A DNA stretch of 64,000 nucleotides from Eledone cirrhosa (lineage: Eukaryota). The DNA lies in assembly GCA_964016885.1 (NCBI GenBank), contig OZ024762.1:19654001-19718000 (forward strand). Direction: 5' to 3'. Every line of letters begins with the position of its first letter. Position 1 is the stretch's first letter. Of the stretch, positions 37,203-52,249 are shown piece after piece. The translations under genes and the position numbers were made by a program. Under the pieces are notes generated by a model. The model saw nothing but the letters and a program-made list of their open reading frames with translations. It made no database searches and was not told the origin of the DNA.

Positions 37203-38135
37203 TTGCTATATGGAAGTGAAACATGGACGCTTTCATCCAAACAACAAAAGCACCTTGATGGCACTTACACTCGCCTGCTTCAACACATTCAGAACATAAA
37301 CTGGCGACATCTGCCTTTGAGAGAGATATATGCCGGCCTCCCACACATATCTGTCAGTGTACGTAAGAGGAGAGTAAGATTTGCTGGCCACTGCCATCGT
37401 GCCACCTATGAGGCTGTGTCTCCATTAGTGCTCTGAAAACCACAAGCAGTCACTAATAACAGGGGGCACAAGCTCTCCTACCCCTATTTGCTGGCTACTA
37501 CCATCGTGCCACCTACGAGGCTGTGTCCCCATTAGTGCTTTGGAAACCACAAGCAGTCACTAATAACAGAAGGCACAAGCTCTCCTACCCCTATTTGCTG
37601 GCTACTACCATCGTGCCACCTACGAGGCTGTGTCCCCATTAGTGCTTTGGAAACCACAAGCAGTCACTAATAACAGAAGGCACAAGCTCTCCTACCCCTA
37701 TTTGCTGGCTACTACCATCGTGCCACCTACGAGGCTGTGTCCCCATTAGTGCTTTGGAAACCACAAGCAGTCACTAATAACAGGGGGCGCAAGCTCTCCT
37801 ACCCCTATTTGCTGGCCACTGCCATCGTGCCACCTACGAGGCTGTGTCCCCATTAGTGCTTTGGAAACCGCAAGCAGTCAATAATAACAGAGGGCACAAG
37901 CTCTCCTATCCCAATTTGCTGGCCACTGCCATCGTGCCACCTACGAGGTTGTGTCCCCATTAGTGCTCTGGAAACCGCAAACAGTCAATAATAACAGGGG
38001 CACAAGCTCTCCTACCCCCGATGTCATCTCCAGAGATTCTGGTATTGAAATCCAGGACTTGGCAACGACAATGAACGACAGACCCACGTGTAGATCCACT
38101 GTTGAGTCCATTTCGGCTGAGGCCACTGGATGACA
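37203..38135 (+). pseudogene. RTE-type LINE 3' fragment with an internal 107 bp x ~6 tandem array
   Basis: LYGSETWTL...DGTYTRLL...RRVRFAGHCHR; CCATCGTGCCACCT at 37394, 37501, 37608, 37715, 37822, 37929. Confidence 0.85.
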
Positions 38136-38174
38136 ATGCCACCAACAGTTAAGGCCTCGTAGCAGTTACTGGAT

Positions 38175-38269
38175 GTAGTAGTAGTAGTAGTAGTGATGGT
38201 AATAGTTGTTCTTGTTGTGGTGGTAGTAATAGTAGTTGTAATAGCAGCAGCAGCAGCAGCAGTGGTGGA

Positions 38270-38308
<39 letters not shown>

Positions 38309-38720
38309 GGTAATATCAGCAGTAGTAGTTGTGGTGGTGGTAGTAGTAGTGGTGGTGGTGGTAGTAGGAGTAGTAGTAGTGGTGATGGTAGTAGTGGTAG
38401 TAATTGGTAGTAGTAGTAGTGGTGGTGGTGGTGGTAGTCGTAGTAGCGGTGGTGGTGGTAGTAGTGGTGGTAGTAGTAGTGGTGGTGGTGGTGGTAGCAG
38501 TGGTGGTAGTGGTAGTAGTAGTAGTAGTGGTGGTAGTAGTAGTGGTGGTGGTGGTAGTAGTAGTAGTGGTGGTGGTGGTAGTAGTAGTAGTAGTGGTATT
38601 AGTAGTGGTGGTAGTGGTAGCAGTGATGGTAGTAGTAGTGGTGGTGGTGGTGGTGGTAGTAGTGGTAGTAGTAGTGGTGGTGGTGGTGGTAGTAGTGGTG
38701 GTGGTGGTAGTAGTAGTATT
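38175..38720. repeat. (GTA)n/(GTG)n trinucleotide field
   Basis: Seen directly. Confidence 0.9.
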
Positions 38721-38799
38721 GTGAAATATGAGAGTATAACAAATATCTAATAAGATTGAGTAGACAATGTAAACTAGTTTTTGTAAATAATGGGTAAGT

Positions 38800-41560
<2,761 letters not shown>

Positions 41561-42054
41561 CATATGTTGAGAGTGAAAAAAAACACTTACTCAACAATAT
41601 GAAAACTGGTAATGCAATGCAATCAGGATATAACATGACTACCTCAGTTTTTATATCAATGTATTTTAAGGTTGTCTTTTTTTCTTGTTTTCACCCAATC
41701 AACATATGCATTGAAAAACTGCATTGCACTAATTTAACAGTCATACAAATCTTCATAAATATTCAGTTTCTTTTCTGTTCTTTATTCGTACTTTTTTTCT
41801 CCTCCTCCTCCACCTCTTTCCCATACACTTCTTTTTCTGTTTTGTGTTTCTTCCTTTTTCTTTCATCAAACATGTTATACAGGAGTGAAAAAGGGAAAGA
41901 AAAAAAAATGAAGGAGAAAAAAAGAAGCCAGAAGTATTCGTTTCACTTAAAACTTTCACTTTCTTCCTTTCGTATTTTTCAGCACTGCTGAGAAATGTTT
42001 AAATTCTGAATAGAGTAGAGAGAATGAATTGATATATGTTTGGGTTGTATAGAC

Positions 42055-45000
42055 GACACGTGGACTAACGGGTCAAGGTCATTGGATTCAGGATCATACA
42101 GAGATCGAGATCGCAGGTTCAATCCTGGACCAAATGAGGCAATGTGTTGTTTGGAATATACTTAATATTTCATGGTGTACCTTCGCAAGATAAATCTTGG
42201 ACTAAATTAGGCAATGTGTTGTTTGGAATATACTTAATATTTCATGGTGTACCTTTGCAGGTTCAATCCTGGATTAAATGAGGTGATGTGTTGTTTGGAA
42301 TATACTTAATATTTCATGGTGTACCTTCGCAAGATAAATCTTGGACTAAATTAGGCAATGTGTTGTTTGGAATATACTTAATATTTCATGGTGTACCTTT
42401 GCAGGTTCAATCCTGGATTAAATGAGGTGATGTGTTGTTCAGAATATACTTAATATTTCATGGTGTACCTTTGCAGGTTCAATCCTGGATTAAATGAGGT
42501 GATGTGTTGTTCGGAATATACTTAATATTTCATGGTGTACCTTTGCAGGTTCAATCCTGGATTAAATGAGGTGATGTGTTGTTCAGAATATACTTAATAT
42601 TTCATGGTGTACCTTCGCAGGTTCAATCCTGGATTAAATGAGGTGATGTGTTGTTCAGAATATACTTAATATTTCATGGTGTACCTTCGCAGGTTCAATC
42701 CTGGATTAAATGAGGTGATGTGTTGTTCAGAATATACTTAATATTTCATGGTGTACCTTTGCAGGTTCAATCCTGGATTAAATGAGGTGATGTGTTGTTC
42801 AGAATATACTTAATATTTCATGGTGTACCTTCGCAGGTTCAATCCTGGATTAAATGAGGTGATGTGTTGTTCAGAATATACTTAATATTTCATGGTGTAC
42901 CTTCGCAGGTTCAATCCTGGATTAAATGAGGTGATGTGTTGTTTGGAATATACTTAATATTTCATGGTGTACCTTTGCAGGTTCAATCCTGGATTAAATG
43001 AGGTGATGTGTTGTTCAGAATATACTTAATATTTCATGGTGTACCTTCGCAGGTTCAATCCTGGACTAAATGAGGTGATGTGTTGTTCAGAATATACTTA
43101 ATATTTCATGGTGTACCTTTGCAGGTTCAATCCTGGATTAAATGAGGTGATGTGTTGTTTGGAATATACTTAATATTTCATGGTGTACCTTTGCAGGTTC
43201 AATCCTGGATTAAATGAGGTGATGTGTTGTTTGGAATATACTTAATATTTCATGGTGTACCTTTGCAGGTTCAATCCTGGATTAAATGAGGTGATGTGTT
43301 GTTTGGAATATACTTAATATTTCATGGTGTACCTTTGCAGGTTCAATCCTGGATTAAATGAGGCGATGTGTTGTTCAGAATATACTTAATATTTCATGGT
43401 GTACCTTCGCAGGTTCAATCCTGGATTAAATGAGGTGATGTGTTGTTCAGAATATACTTAATATTTCATGGTGTACCTTCGCAGGTTCAATCCTGGATTA
43501 AATGAGGTGATGTGTTGTTTGGAATATACTTAATATTTCATGGTGTACCTTTGCAGGTTCAATCCTGGATTAAATGAGGTGATGTGTTGTTTGGAATATA
43601 CTTAATATTTCATGGTGTACCTTTGCAGGTTCAATCCTGGATTAAATGAGGTGATGTGTTGTTCAGAATATACTTAATATTTCATGGTGTACCTTCGCAG
43701 GTTCAATCCTGGATTAAATGAGGTGATGTGTTGTTTGGAATATACTTAATATTTCATGGTGTACCTTTGCAGGTTCAATCCTGGATTAAATGAGGTGATG
43801 TGTTGTTCAGAATATACTTAATATTTCATGGTGTACCTTCGCAGGTTCAATCCTGGATTAAATGAGGTGATGTGTTGTTTGGAATATACTTAATATTTCA
43901 TGGTGTACCTTTGCAGGTTCAATCCTGGATTAAATGAGGTGATGTGTTGTTTGGAATATACTTAATATTTCATGGTGTACCTTTGCAGGTTCAATCCTGG
44001 ATTAAATGAGGCGATGTGTTGTTCAGAATATACTTAATATTTCATGGTGTACCTTCGCAGGTTCAATCCTGGATTAAATGAGGTGATGTGTTGTTTGGAA
44101 TATACTTAATATTTCATGGTGTACCTTTGCAGGTTCAATCCTGGATTAAATGAGGCGATGTGTTGTTCAGAATATACTTAATATTTCATGGTGTACCTTC
44201 GCAGGTTCAATCCTGGATTAAATGAGGTGATGTGTTGTTCAGAATATACTTAATATTTCATGGTGTACCTTCGCAGGTTCAATCCTGGATTAAATGAGGT
44301 GATGTGTTGTTTGGAATATACTTAATATTTCATGGTGTACCTTTGCAGGTTCAATCCTGGATTAAATGAGGTGATGTGTTGTTCAGAATATACTTAATAT
44401 TTCATGGTGTACCTTCGCAGGTTCAATCCTGGATTAAATGAGGTGATGTGTTGTTTGGAATATACTTAATATTTCATGGTGTACCTTTGCAGGTTCAATC
44501 CTGGATTAAATGAGGTGATGTGTTGTTCAGAATATACTTAATATTTCATGGTGTACCTTCGCAGGTTCAATCCTGGATTAAATGAGGTGATGTGTTGTTT
44601 GGAATATACTTAATATTTCATGGTGTACCTTTGCAGGTTCAATCCTGGATTAAATGAGGTGATGTGTTGTTCAGAATATACTTAATATTTCATGGTGTAC
44701 CTTCGCAGGTTCAATCCTGGATTAAATGAGGTGATGTGTTGTTTGGAATATACTTAATATTTCATGGTGTACCTTTGCAGGTTCAATCCTGGATTAAATG
44801 AGGCGATGTGTTGTTCAGAATATACTTAATATTTCATGGTGTACCTTCGCAGGTTCAATCCTGGATTAAATGAGGTGATGTGTTGTTCAGAATATACTTA
44901 ATATTTCATGGTGTACCTTCGCAGGTTCAATCCTGGATTAAATGAGGTGATGTGTTGTTTGGAATATACTTAATATTTCATGGTGTACCTTTGCAGGTTC

Positions 45001-45720
45001 AATCCTGGATTAAATGAGGTGATGTGTTGTTTGGAATATACTTAATATTTCATGGTGTACCTTTGCAGGTTCAATCCTGGATTAAATGAGGTGATGTGTT
45101 GTTCAGAATATACTTAATATTTCATGGTGTACCTTCGCAGGTTCAATCCTGGATTAAATGAGGTGATGTGTTGTTTGGAATATACTTAATATTTCATGGT
45201 GTACCTTTGCAGGTTCAATCCTGGATTAAATGAGGTGATGTGTTGTTCAGAATATACTTAATATTTCATGGTGTACCTTTGCAGGTTCAATCCTGGATTA
45301 AATGAGGTGATGTGTTGTTTGGAATATACTTAATATTTCATGGTGTACCTTTGCAGGTTCAATCCTGGATTAAATGAGGTGATGTGTTGTTCAGAATATA
45401 CTTAATATTTCATGGTGTACCTTTGCAGGTTCAATCCTGGATTAAATGAGGTGATGTGTTGTTTGGAATATACTTAATATTTCATGGTGTACCTTTGCAG
45501 GTTCAATCCTGGATTAAATGAGGTGATGTGTTGTTTGGAATATACTTAATATTTCATGGTGTACCTTTGCAGGTTCAATCCTGGATTAAATGAGGTGATG
45601 TGTTGTTTGGAATATACTTAATATTTCATGGTGTACCTTCTGCCAGGAGTTGCGACTGGTAATTAATATGAACAGTGGAAAGAACAATGGAAACATTGTT
45701 TCCTTGGTTCGATCTGATAA
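42055..45720 (+). repeat. 72 bp satellite (~49 units) expanded inside one tRNA/CORE-like SINE
   Basis: Unit gcaggttcaatcctggattaaatgaggtgatgtgttgttYRgaatatacttaatatttcatggtgtaccttY; SINE head before the array; the tail after it matches the reverse complement of 48460-48540. Confidence 0.92.
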
Positions 45721-45759
45721 TTGGTTCTTATCCTCTTTCTTTTTACTTCGTGTACTCAC

Positions 45760-46020
45760 GCCAAACAAGGACACTAAAATTCAAGGGGTCACTGACAAGA
45801 GAAAAGCACACGACAGAGAGAGTATAATTGAAGGAGAGTGAAGGTGACGATTAATGTTAGTTTTGAATTTTTTGCAAATTGTAGAGGTCGGAATTTCATA
45901 GATGTGCGAGGGGAAAAACTATCAGAATAGGATTTGTGATTACATTTAGGAACTTCAGCCGTAAGTGGTTGAGGTCTAGCTACAAATCTGGTTCTATGTT
46001 TAAATATGAAGGGAGGTAGG
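45760..46020 (-). pseudogene. CR1-group LINE 3' fragment
   Basis: Minus strand VPKCNHKSYSDSFSPRTS resembles the conserved ..SF.PRT..WN.L terminus. Confidence 0.5.
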
Positions 46021-46029
46021 CGTAAAAGC

Positions 46030-46517
46030 CAAACTCGCTATCTTCAATTCGGTTTTCGTGCCAACCCTTACCTATGGTCGTGAATCTTGGGTAATGGCTA
46101 AAAGAATGCGATCATGAATACAAGCGACCGAAATGGGGTTCCTCCAAAGGATCTTTGGAGTGACGTTTCACGATAAAGTTTGTAACTCAGAGAGAGATCA
46201 AAGAGTCACTGAAGGTAGAGTCGCTACTTCTCCGAATTGAGAGATCACAGCTCCGATACTATGGGCATGTGGTTAGAATGTCTCAGGAAAGAATCGGTGG
46301 ACAGATTTTATGGGTAAAACCAACTGGCAGGAGTTCCAGGGGTACACCCCTGAGGAAGATGGTTGGATAACATCCATGAGCTTGGCTGGTCTTGTTTGGA
46401 GATCCAACTAGATCAGTTGGAGATGGTTGTTTCTGACAGGACCCTCTGGGAGGGAGTGTTTGGGGACTCTTCCCCCACGACCCTGTCAGGAATACGTCGG
46501 CAAAGAAGAAGAAAAAG
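46030..46517 (+). pseudogene. RTE LINE 3' fragment with a (GAA)n tail
   Basis: PTLTYGRESW...IQATEMGFLQRI...RSQLRYYGHVVRM. Confidence 0.8.
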
Positions 46518-46574
46518 GGAATAGATACAGTGATGAATGTTGTGAAGTTAGATGGTTAGGTCATATATAACATA

Positions 46575-46800
46575 TCATCATCATTATCCAATTATGGCTG
46601 TGAATAGTTTCGCTGGATGTTTTTTCCAGCACAGCCTCTCGCAACTTATTCTGTTCCATTGTCATCTCTCTGAAGTCAAATGTTTCAAAGTCGATTCTCG
46701 CCATGTATGCCCAGGTCTTCCTTGGCCTTCCTCTACTGCAGCTTCCTTCCACTTCATCACCATGCCATATCTATGCCAGTCTTTTGCACATTACATTTAA
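46575..46800 (-). pseudogene. RTE LINE 3' fragment
   Basis: EGSCSRGRPRKTW...AVLEKT, homologous to the end of the 13294 ORF; (GAT)n tail. Confidence 0.7.
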
Positions 46801-47457
46801 TTCCTCATATATCCAGTTTTTCTCTCAGCTCATCCGTACACGTTAACACCACTCACCCTTCTTCTTCTTCTTTGCTTTCTTCTTCTTCTTCTTCTTCTTC
46901 TTCTTCTTCTTCTTCTTCTTCTTTTTCTTCTTCTTTTTCTTCTTCTTCTTCTTCTTCTTCTTGCACGCACACACACATACATAAAGGCACAGATACAGTC
47001 AAACACATGCTCAGTCACACACACACATACAGTTAAACACACACATGCACATACACACGTACATGCACACACACGAGACCATATACACACACACATACAG
47101 TCAAACACATGCTCACAGTCCCACACACAATTTAGAATATTAATATTGCTTTTTATCCATCACAATCATAGAACATTCCCTTTATTTACCATGTTTTGTT
47201 TTCCTCTATTTACAGGTTAGTACCTCTATTCCAGATATTTCTTTATTGGTAAGACAATAACACTTTTCATTTTATGTAATATGGAATCTATTTTCTATAT
47301 AAAAAAAGAATCTGTTTTCAAGGATGCCACAAAGAAATTAGACCATCCTGAGAAGTTATACTTGTTCTACTCACCAGTTTTTGTCACCATCTTAAATGAC
47401 ATTCATTCTATCTAATTGTATTCAATGATATTATATGTGTGTGTGTGTGTATATATA

Positions 47458-47851
47458 TCATCATCATCAACATCATCATTTTATGTCCGCTTTTCCCTGC
47501 TTGCAAGGGTGGGACGGGAACTGATTCTGGCTTGATTTTTTTCTACAGCTGGATGCCCTTCCTAACACCAACCTTATACAGTGAGTGCTGGGTGTTTTTT
47601 TTCCATGGCGCCTACACGTCCACTTTACAGTGTGGGCTGGGTGCTTTTTTGCCGTGACACCTCTACGACCACTTTGCAGTGGAATGATAGGGATCCCAGT
47701 CCCTCTCATCTCATTTCTACAGCTGAGTAAACTGGAGCAATGTGAAATAAAGTGTCTTGCTCAAGGAAACAACACATCACCCGGTCTGAGGATTGAACTC
47801 ACAACCTTTCAATTGCAAGGACAATGCTCTAACCACTAAGCCATGTGCCTC
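47458..47851 (-). mobile_element. tRNA-head / CORE-like / RTE-tail SINE
   Basis: Same family as 27460 and 50178. Confidence 0.85.
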
Positions 47852-47858
47852 AAAACTA

Positions 47859-47889
<31 letters not shown>

Positions 47890-47967
47890 CATCCATATAT
47901 ATATATACATACATACATATATATATATACATCCGTATAAATACATACATACATATATATATATATA

Positions 47968-48153
47968 TAATTGTTTCTACTTTTGGCACAAGGCCGGCAA
48001 TTATCCCAGTGTATTACTGGTACTTTATTTTATCGAACCCCGTAAGGATGAAAGGCAAAGTTAACCTCAGCGGGATTTGAACACAGAATGGCAAGGGCCG
48101 TAACTCTATGCGTCAAAGCATGGCGTCCGACCTTCTCCCGATACTGCCAATCC
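47968..48153 (-). mobile_element. Nin/Deu-like SINE
   Basis: Reverse complement of 150-342. Confidence 0.85.
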
Positions 48154-48444
48154 ATATGTATATAGTCATTCGATTAATTGATCCACTAACATTCCTTTAT
48201 TTGAATAATATATATATATAAGCAAAGAGATATTTAATTTGCTGGTAATTCAACAAATTTATTTATAACAGATTCGAAGCACTCTACAGGTTTCCTAGAG
48301 TATAACAGCAATCTGTTATAGTTTAAAGTGCTCTACAATAAAGGAGCTATTTATAAGCAAAGAATGTTTATCCCAGGTTCAATCGGGGGGGGGGGGGGCC
48401 ACAATAAGTAAGGTACTCAATACATTTTTTTTTTTTTTTTTTTT

Positions 48445-48660
48445 TCGATCGACTTTCGTCAAATCGGACCAAGGAAACAATGTTTCCATTGGTCTTTCCA
48501 ATTGCTGATACTATCTATCGGTCGCAACTCCAGGTAGAAGGAGCAATGTGAAATAAAGTGTCTTGCTCAAGGACATAACGCATCACCCGGTCCAGGAATC
48601 GAACTCATAACCTCACGATTATGTACCCAATTCTCTAACCAACTCAGCCATACGCCTTCA
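48445..48660 (-). mobile_element. tRNA/CORE-like SINE with an alternative tail and poly(A)
   Basis: B-box GAGTTCGATTCC, CTTGAGCAAGACACTTTATTTCAC body, distinct 3' part, T-run at 48425-48445. Confidence 0.75.
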
Positions 48661-48747
48661 CACTCAATACATAGCAGAGTATAAATATTTAATATAGAAA
48701 TTGCTTCTACAAGACTAGAACTGTTTCATTTGGGAGAAATCATCAGG

Positions 48748-48796
48748 GCTTCCTGATGATTTCTCCCGAAAGAAACAGTTCTAGTCCTGTAGAAAC
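48748..48796 (+). ncRNA. Type I hammerhead inside a 100 bp fold-back palindrome (48700-48799)
   Basis: gcttc CTGATGA tttc-tccc-gaaa GAAA cag-ttctagtc-ctg TA gaaac; the left arm supplies the perfectly pairing gaagc. Confidence 0.7.
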
Positions 48797-48802
48797 AATA
48801 TT

Positions 48803-48853
<51 letters not shown>

Positions 48854-49070
48854 GGAGATACAAATTAAAAGAGTTGAAGTCAGTGTTGCAGCATATGTAC
48901 AAAGTTTATTTGAATATTACAATTGATTTGATATCGATCAGCTCAGGGTACAATCAAAGAGACACGGCCTAACAGGCGAGCTTTATGTGTCTTTGCACAT
49001 ATAAGCTCGCATATCTGACAAGATGGCACGCCACCTGTTACTGTTGTTACACACCTAACTAACACAAACA

Positions 49071-49103
<33 letters not shown>

Positions 49104-49184
49104 CAAAGAGGATGGGGTTAGATAACACGTGGACCATAACGCAGCAGAGTACTCAATACTTAGGGTAGTAGAGTGGGTAATATG

Positions 49185-49353
49185 TAAAGAGTCAGGATCC
49201 CCGACAGCTGAGCTCCGCCTGTTTCAACAGCTAGATCCGAACTAAGCCACCAGTATTAGAACGTTAGATTCCCGCAATTCTAATTCTTATGGCTTAGTAC
49301 TGATCTAGCTGTCGAAACAGCTGGAGCTCAGCTGTCGGGGTCCTGACTCTTTG

Positions 49354-49355
<2 letters not shown>
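49185..49355. repeat. Fold-back palindrome carrying the 3' half of a hammerhead
   Basis: Right arm GAAA-cagctg-gagct-cagctg-TC; a related, shorter fold-back at ~50545-50635. Confidence 0.75.
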
Positions 49356-49412
<57 letters not shown>

Positions 49413-49477
49413 GGTTTAGCAAATAGAGAAAAAGTTTTAAAATAAATTTTAAAAAATTTACTGTACCTACTATATTT

Positions 49478-49561
49478 ACCCTTACCATGTGGTTTCAAGT
49501 CTCAAAATAAATGGATAATCCATGCGGAAATCCATTAAGAAGGAGACTTTCGTCAGAGGGT
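49478..49561 (-). ncRNA. Type I hammerhead with a long stem II
   Basis: accct CTGACGA aagtctc...aatggat-ttcc-gcat-ggat-tatccatt...gagactt GAAA cca-ca-tgg TA agggt. Confidence 0.85.
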
Positions 49562-49819
49562 TCTTCTCACTCGGAGAATATAAAATTCCTGAGTTCAAAT
49601 CACGAACTGGCGCCATACAGAACTGTTCCTGGATGAGAGTGTATGATAAGGAAACAATCTTGTCTAGCGCCGTGTGTAAAGATAGAAGGCAAGGGCGGAA
49701 AGGTAAATGTCCTGCCACTAGAAATAGCAGCAGTAAAAACGACTAAAATTTTATCTCGAAGGGGAGATTAATAATAATAAAGTATGTTTTCCTACGTGCA
49801 AAAAATGCATATATATATA

Positions 49820-50058
49820 TCACGACAAAAAAACACACAGTCCACGCTGTAATGTGGCCGTGTAGGCAACACGGTAAAAACCTCCCAGCCCCACACTGTA
49901 AATGTGGTTGGTGTTAGGAAGGGCATCCAGCTGTAGAAAACCCGCCAGACAGTCCTATGCGAGCAATGACAACCACTCTTGCCTCAAGTGGGAAAACTCC
50001 CGTCCAAACCCATGCAAGCGTGGAACACGGACGTTAAACGATGATGATGATGATGATG
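49820..50058 (+). mobile_element. 5'-truncated copy of the RTE LINE 3' UTR
   Basis: Matches ~16464-16706. Confidence 0.9.
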
Positions 50059-50092
50059 AATTAGAAAGTCAACAACACAGTATATAACTACT

Positions 50093-50156
50093 CCATTACC
50101 AAAGGTTTCTGGATCCGAGACAATATTAATACGCGTCTAGATCGTTCATCAGACAG
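50093..50156 (-). ncRNA. Hammerhead candidate (degenerate)
   Basis: ctgt CTGATGA ac-gatctagac...gtctcggatc-ca GAAA cc-ttt-gg TA atgg; wobble-rich stem I, unpaired base of stem II. Confidence 0.5.
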
Positions 50157-50177
50157 TATATATATATATATATATAT

Positions 50178-50515
50178 GGGAGGCACATGGCTTAGTGGTT
50201 AGAGCATTGGGCTTGCAATCGAAAGGTTGTGAGTTCAATTCTCAGACCGAGTGATGTGTTGTTTCCTTGATCAAGACACTTTATTTCACATTGCTCCAGT
50301 TTACTCAGCTGTAGAAATGAGATGATAGGGACTGGGGTCCCTATCATTCCACTGTAAAGTGGTCGTGGAGGGGCCACGGCAAAAAAGCACCCAGCACTCA
50401 CTGTAAATGAGGTTGGTGTTAGGAAGGGCATCCAGCTGTAGAAATCAAGCCAGAATCAGTTCCCGTCCCACCCTTGCAAGCAGGGAGAAAGCGGACATAA
50501 AATGATGATGATGAT
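50178..50515 (+). mobile_element. tRNA-head / CORE-like / RTE-tail SINE
   Basis: A-box TGGCTTAGTGG, B-box GAGTTCAATTC, CORE-like CTTGATCAAGACACTTTATTTCAC, tail GGTTGGTGTTAGGAAGGGCATCCAGCTGTAGAAA...(TGA)n. Confidence 0.88.
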
Positions 50516-50631
50516 ATAAATCAGGATGGATTCAGTTTTAAACTGGTTAGACCATTACTCACCAGAGTACTCGATATTTGGGGTAGTAGATTATGGTTAT
50601 ATTATAAAGAGCCAGGGTCTTGACTCTTTAT

Positions 50632-50712
<81 letters not shown>

Positions 50713-50832
50713 ATGAGAATCAAGACTATTCCTGCTGACAACATCAAAATATTCCTAACAAGCTCATATGTCCCAAGGCTCTGATACCATCAACACAATA
50801 CACACAGAGCTGGCATACCTAAGAACTGACTA

Positions 50833-50888
50833 ACTGCCTGATGAGGTCATAGCCATTCAATGGCTATCATCGAAATATACATAGCAGT
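50833..50888 (+). ncRNA. Type I hammerhead ribozyme
   Basis: actgc CTGATGA ggtcatagccat-tca-atggctatcatc GAAA t-atac-ATA gcagt, then AATAAA. Confidence 0.8.
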
Positions 50889-50935
50889 AAATAAAGGATT
50901 ATGAGTTCATGCAATTGACTTATGTTTCATCACTA

Positions 50936-50975
<40 letters not shown>

Positions 50976-51036
50976 CTTGCAAGCAGGGAAAAGCGGACGT
51001 AAAATGATGATGATGATGATGATATATATATATATG

Positions 51037-51302
51037 AAGGTGCATGGCTTAGTGGTTAGAGCAATGGGCTTGCAATCGAAAGGTTGTGAGTTCAATTCTC
51101 GGACAGGGTGATGTGTTGTTTCCTTGAGCAAGACACTTTATTTCACGTTGCTCCAGTTTACTCAGCTGTAGAAATGAGATGAAGAGGTAGCGGCCTGCTC
51201 GCCCAGCCAGTGGGGTGGCGTTATCTTATGGCTAAAACAGCACGACGTGCTGTGACCAGCGGCGCTGAATGGACGCCTGACAGACTGGTCGGTCAAGGTG
51301 AT
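51037..51302 (+). mobile_element. tRNA/CORE-like SINE with a third, GC-rich tail
   Basis: Head and body match 50178 up to GTAGAAATGAGATGA, then diverge. Confidence 0.8.
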
Positions 51303-51309
51303 ATATATA

Positions 51310-51650
51310 TCATCATCATCATCATCATCACCGTTTTACGTCCGTTCTTCCACGCTAGCATGGGTTAGACAGGTTGTCCTGTTGTGGGCAGTGTCTGGTC
51401 GGCTGACCATGCCTTGCTCATACAGGAACTGATCTGGCTTGATTTCTACAGCTGGATGCCCTTCCTAACACCAACCTCATTTACAGTGAGTGCTGGGTGC
51501 TTTTTCGTGGCGCCTACACGTCCACTTTACAGTGTGGGCTGGGTGCTTTTTTGCCGTGGCACCTCCACGACCACCTTGCGGTGGGGGGGAGTGGGGGCAT
51601 ATTGTTTATATGCTTCAGCATGTACCCATGGGAGGTCGGGTACCCTGTAT
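51310..51650 (-). mobile_element. Non-autonomous RTE-tail element, twin of 29097-29432
   Basis: Near-identical sequence and the same 5' limit. Confidence 0.8.
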
Positions 51651-52249
51651 TACTGCGTATATATATATGTCTGTGTGTTTGTGTATGTGTGTATGATTAA
51701 CAATATTTTACCATGTATGTATCTAGTGGCTAACAGTAACAACAGAAATAAACAATGGAAGGTTGTTACAATCTTTGATTTACTGCCTTGTTCCGTCTCT
51801 CTGAAGTACAAAACCTCACATGGATGTTGCCTCTTGGTTCCAGCATACCTGAACAATGTTTCTTATATATAATTATAATGGAAAGTTTTTAGACTGAAAC
51901 AGTAACACTTTAAAATGGAGAACTTTGTATTATAGAAACAAACACAGCTATTTTTCAGGCGCTTCCATATCAAACGAGTTAATGTGAAAGTCAAATTCTT
52001 TATATAAACCGAATCAACAGCCCATATCCAATTTACAGTTGGCACCGATACACCTCGGTTGTGCTGTTAATGCTCCAGGGAATTGCTTGATGTGACACAC
52101 CATTTTCTTATGCCTGCTTCACAAAGTCTCTCTCTCTACTTTGTGTACATTTATCTCATTCAAGCGCCAACTGTTTCAATTCTTGACCCTAAATTAACTT
52201 AACACCTTTTATTAACGAAACTTCCTGAAACCACGCATGGTTCTATGAT

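Noticed and set aside
38193-38750. Gly/Ser-rich ORF with a hydrophobic N-terminus
   Set aside because: A (GTA/GTG)n microsatellite read in shifting frames.
42110-45640. CRISPR-like regularity of the 72 bp and 61 bp arrays
   Set aside because: No unique spacers and no cas genes; eukaryotic context; the units derive from SINEs.
50178-50250. tRNA gene
   Set aside because: A and B boxes are present but continue into a SINE body and tail, so it is a SINE head and not a tRNA.
51650-51856. 68 aa minus-strand ORF in unique sequence
   Set aside because: No recognisable motif or convincing splice boundaries.
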